From Camelus dromedarius (Eukaryota), in the NCBI RefSeq assembly GCF_036321535.1, contig NC_087437.1:14758001-14822000 (forward strand): 64,000 nucleotides of DNA, in the 5' to 3' direction. Below the pieces are notes generated by a model. The model was not told the DNA's origin and did no database searches. It saw nothing but the letters and a program-made list of their open reading frames with translations. How positions within the stretch are numbered: position 1 is the first letter of the stretch; every line of letters begins with the position of its first letter. Of the stretch, positions 1-12,275 are shown piece after piece. Both the position numbers and the translations under genes were made by a program.

Positions 1-885
1 GTAAATAACATCTTATCAATAGAAGCTTATCCATCCAAATGTCTATCAATAGGCAGTGGGATATTATACATCCATATTCTACTGGATATTTGTTGCTTTT
101 AGGGTATCTAGCATCTGATCATCCTTTCTTTCAGGAGGAAATTCTGAGATAGGAAAGAAGCGCCCCTGCTTTCCACTAGAGAAGCAGGAGGAAGGCAGAT
201 ATGCCTACTTCCTGCTCCCTGGAGGGCAAGGTGCAAGCATGTGAGCTGAGCGGCCAGTAAGATGCTCCCATCTAAGGTTTGCCCACAAAGGCCCAGGGAC
301 AGTTAGTGCTTTTCAAGATTGCATGTTTGTGGTGGAGCCTAGATTCCGGCGGCATAGAGGTAAGTATCTGGTGGGACACAGCTGCCTCAGTGACCTAGAC
401 TACTCACTTGGAACTGTATGTGCGAGAGATGAATACACCTCTGTATTCATTAAATCACTCTAAATTGAACTTGCTTTGATAAAGCAGCTTAGCAAATCTT
501 AATTATGGTGATTTTAGAATATGACCACAAATTCTTTGATACTCCTCCCATTGGGAAGCAAAGACTATGTCCCTTCCCCTTGAATCGGGGCAAGTTTGTG
601 ACCACTTCAATCAATGGACTACGGTGGAAGTGACTTCCAGGGCCAAGTCATGAAAGGCCCTGCAGCTTCCTTTCTGCCTGCTAGAAAACCAGCTACTGGG
701 CCACTGAGCCACCTTGTGAGTATCTGACTAGCCAGAGGCCACCACGCTCTGAGAAAGCCCCAGCTATGTAGAGGGACCATATATAGGCACTCTGATCAAG
801 AGTCCCAGCTCAGCCCAAGGTTCAAGTCCTGTCAGCCCAATCTCCAGACAATCTCCAGACATGTGTGTGAAGAAGCCTCCAGATG

Positions 886-1053
886 TTTTGTGGGGTTTGT
901 TTTGTTTTGTTTTGTTTTGTTTTCTAGGGAGGAGGTAATTATTTATTTATTTATTTATTTTTACTTACTGGAGTTACTGGGGATTGAGCCCATGACCTTG
1001 TGCATGCTGGGCACAAGTCATGCACTCTACCACTGAGCTACACCTTCCCCCTT
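886..1053 (-). mobile_element. tRNA-Ala-derived camelid SINE (Vic-1-like)
   Basis: Pol III A/B-box head on -. Perfect 16-bp TSD AAGAAGCCTCCAGATG at 870-885 and 1054-1069. Confidence 0.9.
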
Positions 1054-2532
1054 AAGAAGCCTCCAGATGATTCATCACCCTACCCCCCACCTCAGCCTTT
1101 CATCTCACTCCTAGTTTGAGTTTTCCAAGCTGAGGCCTCAGACTTTGTGGCATCATCCCTGCTGTGTCCTGTTAGAATTCCTGACCCACAGAATGTACGT
1201 GCATCAAAATGGTGATTGATTCCACCAAGTTTTGTGGATTGTTATACAGAAGTAGCTCCATACCCTTCCAAAAATGTCCCTTTTTGCTAATTAGGTTAAC
1301 CACAATTGGTTTCTGGCGTTGCAATCAAGAATCTTGGTTGGTAGATATACAATGAAATACTATTCAACTCTTAAACTGAGGTCGCACTATATTAAACTGT
1401 CACAGAAAGATATTCACAATGCAGCTTTAAGAGAATATGGCAGGTTCAAAAACAGTAGGTACAGAGTGGTTCCATTTTTGTAAAATAAGTTTATTTTTTA
1501 AATTATTTTTTCATAGAATGAATTCAAGGATGCTATGTACCAAAATTATATAGTATTGTCTTTAGGTGCTAGAATTATAGAGTTTTTTTTATTGTGCTCA
1601 TCTGTATATTTTATAATTACTTATAATGAACATCATTACGTAGTTACTTGTGTAATTTTTTTAATTCAAAAATATTTTTTTAAAAATAAAAACAGGATTA
1701 TAGATTCAGGAATCAAAGAGTGCCTCTCTGCCTGTGGGCATTTTGTACATTCACCAGTGAGAGACCCTGTAGCACAATCTTTAGGGAGTGGTAGCCCCCA
1801 TTAAGGAGGGTGGTAACCTCTAGTAATTCCTTCCCTCGCTATAAACATATGCTGTTCCTCACATCTAGAAGCATGATTTATTTCCCCTTTCCTTAAATCT
1901 ATGCTGTCCCTATGACTGCCTTGGCCAATGGAATGCAGTATAAGATGTTCAAGGACTTCTGATCTCAAGTCTTAGGCAATTTGGTAGCGTCTGTTTCCTT
2001 TCTCTTACAAGCTTGTTCTTGGGATGTTCCCTTGCAGAATCTAGCTCAAGCCATGTGGAAAGGTCACATGGAGGAGAATCAAGACTCTCCTATTTGCAGC
2101 CTCCACCAAGCTCTTAGCCAACAGCAAGCGTGAACTGCCAGCCATGGGAATGAGTCATCTGGGATTCCAGCCCAATTGAGCCCCAGTGACTGCAGCTTCA
2201 ACAGACATCATGTGGGGGAAGAAGAACCACCCAGCTGAGCCCTGTTAACCCACAGACTCATGAGAGATACTAACACGGTGGTTGCTTTAAACCACTGAGT
2301 TTCAGGGTAATGGTAGCCTGCCTCCAAGATGGCTCCACTGATGGCCCTCTCCTGATATTTACACCTTTATATTTGCTTGGCACATGGTACCAAGGCTGGT
2401 CTGTGTGACCGACAGAATACAGCAGATTGAGGCATGGCACGTTACTTCCAAGATTAGATCATCAAAGGCCTGTGGCCCCTGTCTTGGCCACTCTCTCAGA
2501 TCACTCTTCACACTGTGAGCAACCTGCTGGGA

Positions 2533-2648
2533 GAGAAGTTGACAACTCGTCGCCAGGTTGCCCAGGACTTTCCTGGCTTTAGACAGAAAGTCTCACATCC
2601 TGAGAGCCTCCTCAGTCCTGGGCAAATAAAAATGACTGGTCACCCTAC
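2533..2648. mobile_element. MER94-like hAT miniature element inside an MLT1 LTR
   Basis: Ends in ggtcacccta. Internal 'ttgcccaggactttcctgg...gtcctgggcaaa' inverted symmetry. Confidence 0.55.
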
Positions 2649-3030
2649 ACCTATGTGGTGAGGAACTGAGGTTTCTAGACAACAGGGAACAAGAAACCAA
2701 GGACTCCTACCAAAAGCCACACGAGGGAGCCAACTTGGGGGCAAATGCACCAGCCCCAGCGGTGCCTTCGGAAGACTGCAGCCTCAGCCGACAGTTCGAA
2801 TGCAACCTCATGAAGGACCCTGATCCAGAACCGCCCAGGTAAGGTGACCCCCAGAAACTGTGAGACAGTGAATGTTATTCCAAGCTGCTAAATTTAGGGT
2901 AATTTGTTAACGGCAATAGGTAACTTATACAGGTGGTTTGTTTTGCCCTAATAGGTATCAGGAACAGGGGACACCAACAGATCATTGCTCTCACCCTGTT
3001 GTAAACAGCTGTGATGACTTTTCTGTTTGG

Positions 3031-3195
3031 ATCTTTTGTTTATTTTTTAATTTTATTTATGTTTGTTTGTTTTTGAGGGAGGTAATTAGGTTTATTCATT
3101 TATTTATTTTTATTTTAATGGAGGTACTGGGCATTGAACCCAGGACCTTCTGCACGTTAAGCACGTGCTCTACCACTGAGCTGTACCCTCCCCGC
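3031..3195 (-). mobile_element. Vic-1-like SINE
   Basis: tRNA head plus gggaggtaattagg tail. Imperfect TSD tgacttttctgtttgg (3015-3030) / tgatctttctgtttgg (3196-3211). Confidence 0.9.
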
Positions 3196-3940
3196 TGATC
3201 TTTCTGTTTGGGAATTTCTTTTCCTTTCGTGGAAATCAACCTGAGGGAATCCTGCTTCTCGGGTTCCTGAAGAACAGTGCAGGGCAGGGCCCCTGGCTGC
3301 TGCTGGGTGAGCTCATTCCAACTCTAATTGTTCTCTAAACTTTAACAATGAATCTCTTGGGGTCACAAGGTCCTCCTGCCTCTCCATTTCCAAATGCTCT
3401 CCGAGGCTGTCCTGATTTCCCTGAAGGCTTGAGGGGCTTAGCCAGGCTGCTTAAATCACCTTCTCCACTAGAAAGTGTCCCTTGATCCCAGCAGCATGTA
3501 TGGATGGGGTGCCGGGTCTGTAGGACTTGCAGATGGTTTTGCGGGGAAGGGATGCTGAGAGGTCTTGACCTAAAATCTTTTCCAACCAGGCACCAAGGTT
3601 CTGAGATTTCACCTTTCTGTGTGGCTAATTCATTTGGAAGAGACAAAATATTCACTAGCACCTTCTTCTGAATGAGTTTATTGAAGACATTCTGCCCTGC
3701 TCCGGGTAGCACAAGAGCAGTGGGAGCTTAAGCCAGGGGAGCACAAAAGGCAGGTGGGACCCCCAAAAGCTGACCTTGGTCCACCTCCTAATGTTGTGTT
3801 AGGCTGACTCTGTGTATAGTTAGGCCACGGGGCTGCACACATGCAGAGCACCCGGCACGCTCAGAGGCAGACTGCCGTGTACACCCAGAGACCCAGAGAC
3901 GCACTGCAAAGTAAATGAACACACAGGTACCATGCTCCGA

Positions 3941-4340
3941 GCTGTTAGTTCCCTGGAGATGCCGTAACCAAATGCCGCAAACAGGGTGGCTGAAAACAAC
4001 AGAAATGTATTCTCTTACAGTTCTGGAGGCTAGATGTCCAAAACTAAGGTGTCGGTAGGGCGGGTTCCTTCTGAGGGCTGTGAGGGTGAATCTGTTCCAA
4101 GCCTCTCCCCTAGCTTCCGGTGGTTTGCAGGCAATATTTGGCATTCCTTGGCTTGTTGGTGTATCACCCGGATCTCTGCCTTCGTGTTCAGATGGCATTT
4201 GCCCTGTGTGTCTGTCTCTGTGTCCAAATTCCTCATCCTAATGACCTCATCTTAACTTGATCTAAACCGTATTTCCAAATAAGGTCACCTTCACAGGCAC
4301 CAAGTGTTAGGACTTCAATAACTTCTGGGGAGACACAGTC
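3941..4340 (-). mobile_element. MaLR LTR (MLT1B/C-like)
   Basis: Characteristic 'aaacaacagaaatgtattctcttacagttctggaggctag' and 'ctaatgacctcatcttaacttga...ccaaataaggtcac'. Confidence 0.8.
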
Positions 4341-4654
4341 TTCTCAAAGATTTACCAGTTTTACAGATCAGAAATTGAGTCGCAGGAAGATTACTGGGCT
4401 TGTCTTAACTCACATAGCTAGAAAGTAGAGGCTCTGGAATCAGATAGCTTGGCTTCCCCACTTAGCTGGGAGGCCTTGGGTAAGTTACTTAGCCTCTCTG
4501 TGCCTCTGTCGCCTCATTTGTAAAGTAAGGATAATAATAATCATCTCTCCATCCATGCTGAGTTGTTGCAAGGATTTTAAAAGGTAATCCTCAGAGCCTG
4601 GTACTTAGTAATTACTGAACACATGGTAGCTGTTATAATAAATAGTGGAGTCAA

Positions 4655-5079
4655 GTGAAATAAGTCAGAAGGTGAAAGACAAAAAAAATCAAGATTTCAC
4701 TCATATGTGGAAGCTAAACAAACAAACAAAACAAAACAAAAACACTGTACAGCACAGGGAAATATATACAAGATCTTGTGGTAGCTCACAGAGAAAACAA
4801 AATGTAACAACGAATATATGTATGTTCATGTATAACTGAAAAATTGTGCTCTGCACTGGAATTTGACACAATATTGTAAAATGACTGTAACTAAATAAAA
4901 AAATGTTAAAAAAAAAAAAACCTGATAGTCACAGAGAATAGATTGGTGGTTACCAGAGGGGAGGGTGGTTGAGGGGGTTGGGGGTACAAAATTGGTGAAG
5001 GGGGTCAAGTGTATGGTCATGGATGGTAGCCAGACTTTGGGTGATGACTGCTTCGTAATGAACACAGATGTCGACTTTT
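4655..5079 (+). mobile_element. L1 3' UTR fragment containing a younger L1 3'-end insertion (~4744-4920)
   Basis: L1 3' motifs 'aagtgaaataagtcag' and 'ggtggttaccagagggga'. The nested piece ends aataaaaaaatgtt(A)n. Confidence 0.8.
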
Positions 5080-6777
5080 AAAAAAGAAGTAGTGGAAGCT
5101 AAAGTTTTGGTTTTTGTTTTTTTTTTTTTTTTTTGAAGATTCAACAGTTTGTTCATCCTCCAGATGTGGCTATTGACATAAACTTCACACCGGGGTATCT
5201 GAAATTGTGGTGGTCCTGATTGATAGGATTTCTTAATTAAAATGTCTGCTGAGTAAATCTGGATTTTTTTTTTTTGGAAAAAAGAAGTAGTGGAGTCAAA
5301 ATTTCAGTCCACGTTCCCTTAGCTCTGATACCTTCATTTTTTCTTCTCTGATCCAGCACAGCTGGGTGTGAGGCACTTCTGCATCCACGGCCTCACTGAC
5401 TCCTCACAATTCCCCAGGAGGCGAATACTCCTGGTTAAAATATTACAGATGAAGGAACTGAGACACAGAGGAGGGAGGTGAATTGACAAAGGTCACCGGG
5501 CAAATAAAATACCCTAACCCAGCTCTGCTGCTTCTAATATTTCTTCATCATGTTATCTGTCATCTCAACACACAGACATCAATGTAGTAGAGCATTTTCC
5601 TCTACCGTGGTTTGCTGACAGCCTCTGGATCCGAGGTAATCAGCCAAGATTAGGAGTTCAGTCACTGGCCTACCTCGAGACTACAGCAGGCAGAGGGTTC
5701 TGTTTCTGGAAGAGTCAGCTCATGCCAGGTTCAGAAAGTTCAGCCCAGAAGACCTGCTGTTAATTCTGAATTCTTCAGAAAGAAGAACTCTTAAAGACAT
5801 ACACACACACCTGCACGCACAAAGAATGTTTATATGAGGCCTCACCCCAGGAGCAACTAGCCATTGAAAAAGGATGGGGTATATAAGATTTTCCAGTTAG
5901 AAGACCTGAAAAGTGAGAGCAGCTGCCAGGCCCGATCCAAAATTCCCTGGCAAACCAGTGCTGGGGTAGAAATGAGTCCGAAAGGCAAAAACAAAACAAA
6001 AAACACATGCAAAAACACACTGGAGATGAATCCCCTTGGATTTCCTTGTCAGAATAGAAAGAGAAACAAAGCAGCTGAGTCCCCTGATGCGGCCTTTCCC
6101 TGGTCTCCCTCCCCTGCCCCAGCTGCTCTTTCAACAGCAGGTCAGCGCCACAAACATCCAAGGAGACGGGACGCCCACAGGCTTCATCCGGCCCGCAGAC
6201 AAATTTTATTCAGCTTGCACACAGTTTTTAAGTAGTTGTAAACAGTTTAAAAGTGAGAAGTTTTACCTAAGAATCCAGATGTTTTACTCCTTGTGGAATA
6301 TCAAAGAATCTGGTCAAGTGGGCCCACAACCCTGGAAGCTGTGACAACACTGAGTCCCAGGTGATTATTTTTATACCCAGATTACTTGACTCACTTATGG
6401 TCCCTGCCTGACCCCTGTAGGAATCTTGAGTTTTTCTGCTCAAGCAAGTGAGACTTCCCCTCTGCCTATGGAGTTAAACAGATCTCACCTCATCCTGACA
6501 CTCAAAATCTTACACAGAACATCTTATTCAGACTTACCCCTGTGACTGTCATTCTGAATTTATCTACTCCTTCATGCCCAAACAGGTCCCTTGTTCTCCC
6601 ACATTCATGCCTTTGCTGGTTCCTTTTTTATTTCCTCTAAGATGCCTTCCATCCCAACTTGGTCTGGGAACTCTCCCACACCCTCTAAGGTCCATATGAG
6701 GGCCTTTTCAGAATCTCTCAAACAGATGTAAACTTCCCTTCATTTGACACGCCAAAGCACCCTGTCATTTTGAAGCA

Positions 6778-7043
6778 CAGGTACACTTCATTTTATTGTG
6801 CTTTGCCAGTACTGCAATTTTTACAAATTGAAGATTTGTGACAACCCTGCACTATCAGATGATGGTTAGCATTTTTTAGCAATAAAGACAAAGCTATTGT
6901 ATGCTTAATAACTACTGTATAGCATAGACATAACTTTTATATGCACTGGAAAACCAAAAAAATTCATGTGACTCACTTTACCAAGATATTTGCTTTCTTG
7001 CAGTGATCTGGACTAAACCCAAAATGTCTTCCAGGTACGCCTG
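6778..7043 (+). mobile_element. Internally deleted Tigger1-like DNA transposon
   Basis: Ends caggtacac... and ...ggtacgcctg|ta. Internal 'tttttacaaattgaagatttgtgacaaccctgca'. Confidence 0.8.
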
Positions 7044-7597
7044 TACTTGCTCTGGACTTTCACAACTTCACACGTTTACATATTCTAAGTTCTCGTCCTG
7101 TGATTCACTTCTCTCCTAGCCAGTAGTTCAGCTGAGCCCAGCCACCCAGTCATCTTCACCAAGGCCTCAGACCTGTGAATGAGGAAGCTGTCTTAACCCT
7201 CCTGACCAGCCCCATCACCAGATAAATACCACAGAGTGGCCTCAACAAATGCCACGTGGAACAGAAGAATCACCTGGCCAACACTTGTACAGACTCCTGA
7301 CTTTTGTGACAACTGTGGAATATGATAAAAAGGATTGTTTTAAGGCATCAAGTTTTAGACTGGTCTGTTACATAGAAACAGGTAACTGAAAAAGTTCAGA
7401 AAATTTTTAAAAGTCTTTAATTTTATTATTTTCTTCAAGTCTTTTTATGAAATTAAAAAATGCATACACACAACTTAAAAAGGAGAAGGAAACTAATATT
7501 TGCTGAGCTCCTAATCTGATTTATGCCTGGCACATTTATATACATTAGCTTATCCAAGACTCAAGACAATCTAGCTTGTATTACTATTTACATTTTT

Positions 7598-7798
7598 TAA
7601 ATTTTTATTTTTATTTATTTTTTTAATTGAAGTATAGTCAGCTATAATGTGTCAATTTCTGGTGTACAGCACAATGTCCCAGTCATGTGTGTATATATAT
7701 ATTCATTTTCATGTTTTTTCATTAAAGGTTGTTATAAGATATTGAATATAGTTCCCTGTGCTATACAGAAGAAATTTGTTTTTATCTATTTTTATATA
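7598..7798 (-). mobile_element. 5'-truncated L1 3' end
   Basis: T-rich tail on +. TSD tactatttacattttt (7582-7597) / tgctatctacattttt (7799-7814). Same family as 37130-37421. Confidence 0.8.
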
Positions 7799-9343
7799 TG
7801 CTATCTACATTTTTAAAAAGAAGGAACTCAAGCTCAGAGAAGTTAAGTAACTTGCAGATGATCACACAGCACGTGAGTGAGGAGAATGGGGAATGAATGG
7901 CCAGTCTATCTATCTAGCTAGAAAATCCATATTTTTGGTCACCATCTCACATCCCCACACCACCTCTCTTGGCTCAAATGGTGGTCTACCTTCCACTTAA
8001 TGTGACATTATATGTGGTTTTGCATGTTGTTGCAAAGCCTCCAAAATCTTCCTTTTAAATGGCCACATATTATTCCAACCGTAGTTTACATACCATTTCC
8101 CTATTGCTGAGTATTTACATGCCTTCCAAGTCATTTTACCATTAAAAGGAATTTGGACAGTTGCATCAGGTTGATATAGAGTAGGTATTCTAGAGGGAGG
8201 GGTGGGCCATTCTTGGGGGGTCTCTTTGGTATCACAAGTAATCTTATCTACAGGACTTCTCCTGCAGCCCCCTCCCTACCCACGGGCCCTCTCCACCCTG
8301 ACTGCCTTAACTTCTTACAGTCACCTAAGGAGAGTGTCACAGGCAGCAGAAAAGGGGGAGAAAAACAATTCCCTTGGAATTCACACCCATTCTGGCCAGA
8401 TGAGTTAATCACCTTTTAACAATTTAATGCAGACCTCATCGATCTTAAATAGTTTCGACAGCTAGAAAAATTCAGATTGGGTCAGTATTTGTGTTGGTTT
8501 AGAAAAGATTATAAATCTTATTTCAAAAGAGCCAGGTGAAAGGTTTCTAAATCCTGTTAAGAATTTTATCCCATATCTTGAGAGCCAGTCACCACTGAAT
8601 GGTTTTAAACAAGGGAGTGATAACCTGATCTGATTCTTTGATCTAGAAAAGAACTCCCTGGTTTGGAGGGTAGGATTTAGTGATTAATGGGATGGAGGGT
8701 GGGGTGACAGGGTGAAGTCCAGCATGACCCTAGGGTTCTGCCCAGAACAACTGGGTGGGCAAGATAAGAAGCAGGAAAGGAAGGGGATGAACAAAAAGTA
8801 GTTCTCTTTCAGACCAGGTGAGCTAGGCTTGCCTGAGGGCAGAGCCTGGGACACACTGGGATTTGGAGCGGCTGACTTCCAGAGGTTCACGCCCCAGGGC
8901 TCTTGCTAGCTGGCTGCTTGGTCACAGGGATTCAGGACCAGGAAGGAGGGCCCCATAGGCCAGACCAGCCCATGGAATTGGAGGGTTCTGGAAAGCCACG
9001 GCTGTCCCAGTTAGACTGGGCACACTGGGGAAAGCCCTGTGTCCACGAGGCCTTAGCAACCCAGAGACTGCTCATCCGCCTCTTCTATGAAGGGACCAGG
9101 ACTAGCCCATCTTCAGGGACTGTTTGAGCTAAAGGTCATCAAGTCCTTGGAGCTTTTCAATTTGAAGAGTCTCACTGATACTATACTTAAGGGAAAGCAC
9201 CATGTAGACGTAGCCCCACAAAGAAATTACCCTTGTCCCCTCCCTCCCAAAGATCTACAGCCAGCCACAGGTAATATACCGGGGTGACCAGCACAGGCTG
9301 GGATCAGTGCTTTAGGAGAGGTGCAAAGACTTAGGTGACCGGG

Positions 9344-9955
9344 TGAGACAGTAGGACAGGGGGACAGGGCACAGCCATTCAAGGAATGACACAGCAATTA
9401 ACATCAAAATGGTGGAAGATGCAACCCCCAGTAGACCTTGAGCTTCATTATATGCTCATTGTAATATTAACATGGTAAGTGACACTCCCACAGGCACCAA
9501 GGCTAACCATAAAAGGTCAAAGAGTGGGCAGTGGCCAAATTCCTGGGAATCCCAGCCTCTTCCCCAGGGTAGTTAGAATGGTCCTCCCACTTGTTGGCAT
9601 ATGAAGCTACCAAGCCCATAAAAACTGGCAACACCACTCCTCGTGGCCGCCTCCCTCACTCCCTTGTCTTGGAAGGTTGCCTGCCCTCTGTCTACGGAGT
9701 GTGTATCTACTTTTACTTTAACCTGAGCACCCAGTCCCCACACCTTGTGGCCTTCCTCTCGCCTTTTAAAACAGCCTATACTCTATTTAGTATGTATCTC
9801 TCTAAATAAATATACCTTTACCCAACTGTGGCTCGCTCTTGAATTCTTTCCTGTGCGAAGCCAAGGACCCACACTTGGCGAGGCATGTCCCAGGGGCTCA
9901 GCGGAGACCTGGGACATGGCCATCCTCACACCCCACATCCCTTTTTCTTGTATCA
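9344..9955 (+). mobile_element. Solo ERV LTR (~612 bp)
   Basis: TG...CA termini (tgagaca...tgtatca), TATA-like cataaaa ~9618, AATAAA 9805-9810, U5-like 'gaattctttcctgtgcgaagccaaggac'. Possible decayed 5-bp TSD ccggg/ctgag. Confidence 0.75.
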
Positions 9956-11902
9956 CTGAGAGAGGCAGTTTAATCCCACCTGGGCCCCTGGGAAGATGGA
10001 AAAGTGATGGAGGCCCTACAAAATCAGTTGACTTCCACAGGTAGGCAGGAGAGGGCAGAACATTCCCAGAAGAGGAGACAGCTGATGCAAAGATCCAAAG
10101 AGGGGAAATACAAGACATGCTGGAGGCAAGAAAGCTTTGCAGTGGCATGATCCTTTCTAGATGCAAGGAGATTCAACTGTATGTACTGCTCAGACTCACA
10201 AGATTGTGAAGATCTGGGGCAACCATCTAACTGTGGCCCCCGAAACATCTTCATTATCAGTGGCTAAGACAGAAATTTCCTCTAACATCATCTGCGAAAA
10301 ATGCTAGGAAGTTCAGTCCCTAACTGGCCCTGTCCCTACCTCCAAAAGCTACTTTCCAGAGCCTTTGAGTGTACACTTTTTGTATTAGTCCCATCTCTCC
10401 CTGCCTCTTACTTTCTTACCTGCATTTTTCCTTTTGCCTTCTATTGAAGCTTTTAGCTGAGGAAATAAGGTGTGTAAAAAATAAACCTTTAACACTTAAG
10501 CTATATTATCTTTCAAAATGATTCCAGTGTCCACCAAATCTTCAGAGAGGCCGTGAGTCTCATGGGTGGAGCTACAGGGCAAGGGTCCAGGATCCTAAAT
10601 GAAGTGCAGGAAGGAGCAAGCCTGGGCAGCGGACTGCAGCACAGTTCGGGGAGTCCTCGGCAAACCTCAGAAGGCTGTCAAAGTCCAGCTGCGGACGGAG
10701 AGTCAGCTTCCACTGAGGCTGCTTGAGCAAGACCAGATGCCGGGTCATTTTCATCCAAATGTCACACTCAAGGGAAAGAGAGGAGATTTTCAGGCTTCAC
10801 GTTTTCTACGCACAGTAGACAAGCAAGGTTCCCTTTTGTGTAGGACATTCCGGGAACTGTGAGGACCTAGGGACCTGGGTATTGGCTTGGGATATGGTGT
10901 TAAGCAGTCCTGGAGCCGTTGTGGATTTGCTGCAGTCTGGCTAGGTTGGAATCTGAGCTTCTCTGTCACAGATGTGGGGAGAGGGAGGGACACAGAGCCA
11001 CTAAGAACCTTTCATTAACTTTGTCATTTTGCTGAGAAATTACAATTATTCTCCACTGAACTGCACTCGGCAGCAGCTTTAATACGTAACATTTAACTGT
11101 ATCTTACTGATTTATATAATCCTACAATTGTTGACAAATACATGATGTGCTTTTTGTTCCTCCGGGGCCAAGACCCACAGAGGCCCATAAGGAGATCTGC
11201 CAGCAGCAAGAATGAAAGCCTCCGGCAGCCCTACAAAAGTTTTCCAGTTTCTATCCTTCTGAAATTCCTCAGGCTGGGCATCCCACTGCGTGGAGAGGTC
11301 TGAGGAAGGATGGGCACAGGGTGATGGCGGGGGCTGGGGGGCACATAGACCCCAGAATCACACCATCTGGGATGAACTCCATGCAGGAGGTTGGGCCCTC
11401 GTCATCATAATGCTTTGACAGCGTTTGGGGGGTTGGGGAAGACGCTAATCAGCAATTACATGAAGCTACCCCCAGGCCCCTCCCTCAAGCACCAGACTGG
11501 GGAGTAGGCCAGTAAGTCCAGTTCTATTTGGGCTGAGACGGAGGGTGACTCCCAGCTCGGAAAACTAAGGGGATGGCAGGTAGCAGTGAGGTCCTCAGGG
11601 GAGCCACAGGGTCACTAGGCAGTCAGGTACTTTGAGGTGGCTATTTTGGTCCAGCCATTTTGAGGTCACAGATAGTTTAGCATGAGGAAAAACTATATAA
11701 ACAGATTTGAGAGAAGATGCCAAAATACCAAGTGATTTCATATTTAGTAACCCGAACACACAGCATGAAACTTTAATTTTTTTTTTAATTGTCAACAAAT
11801 ATTTAGTGATTGTTTACTAGGGAGCAGGCGCTCCCTCAGCAGGCACTGAAGACCCAGTAATGAGCAGCAGGGCTGGAAAGGACAGATAAAGGAACAATCA
11901 CC

Positions 11903-12007
11903 TGGGGGGAGGGAAAGATCTCAGTGGTAGAGCGCATGCTTAGCATGCACAAGGTCCTGGGTTCAATCCCCAGCACCTCCATTAAATAAATTAATTAGTT
12001 CTAAAAA
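11903..12007 (+). mobile_element. Vic-1-like SINE
   Basis: tRNA-Ala head. TSD aaaggaacaatcacc (11888-11902) / aaaggaactatcacc (12008-12022). Confidence 0.9.
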
Positions 12008-12089
12008 AAAGGAACTATCACCAAAAACCCTCATGTAACTATAAGTCATGTTACATGCCTTAGTAATAATATTCTACTACTACTAATAA

Positions 12090-12275
12090 TAACATGAACT
12101 GGGATGACTGTCAGGCACTCAACACATTCTTTCATTGAGTCCTCACAATTCCACGAGGCAGGTGTGTTTTCAATCCTGACTTTACAGATGAAAAATCTTG
12201 ATGCAGAGAAGTTCAGTGACTTGCTAGGAAAAGGCAGAGCTGCGATTTGAACACAGGTCTGACTAAAGAGCATGC
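12090..12275 (-). mobile_element. MIR SINE remnant (similar remnants at ~4430-4640, ~15880-16020, ~23830-24030, ~38950-39140)
   Basis: MIR core-like 'tttacagatgaaaaatcttgatgcagagaagttcagtgacttgc...gatttgaacacaggtctgact'. Confidence 0.7.

Larger units (their letters stand above)
505..2930. mobile_element. Cluster of old MaLR (MLT1-type) LTRs with nested insertions
   Basis: Recurring MLT1-like motifs at ~505-1250, ~1795-2300 and ~2310-2930: 'tcccttccccttgaatc', 'cccagctgagcc', 'gacccacagaa(c)tgtgag', 'aagccactaag/aagctgctaaatttagggtaatttgtta'. Confidence 0.7.

Noticed and set aside
11903..11981. tRNA-Ala-like sequences here and at ten other sites
   Set aside because: They carry AT-rich tails, most have TSDs, and the copies are diverged. 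They are SINE heads, not tRNA genes.
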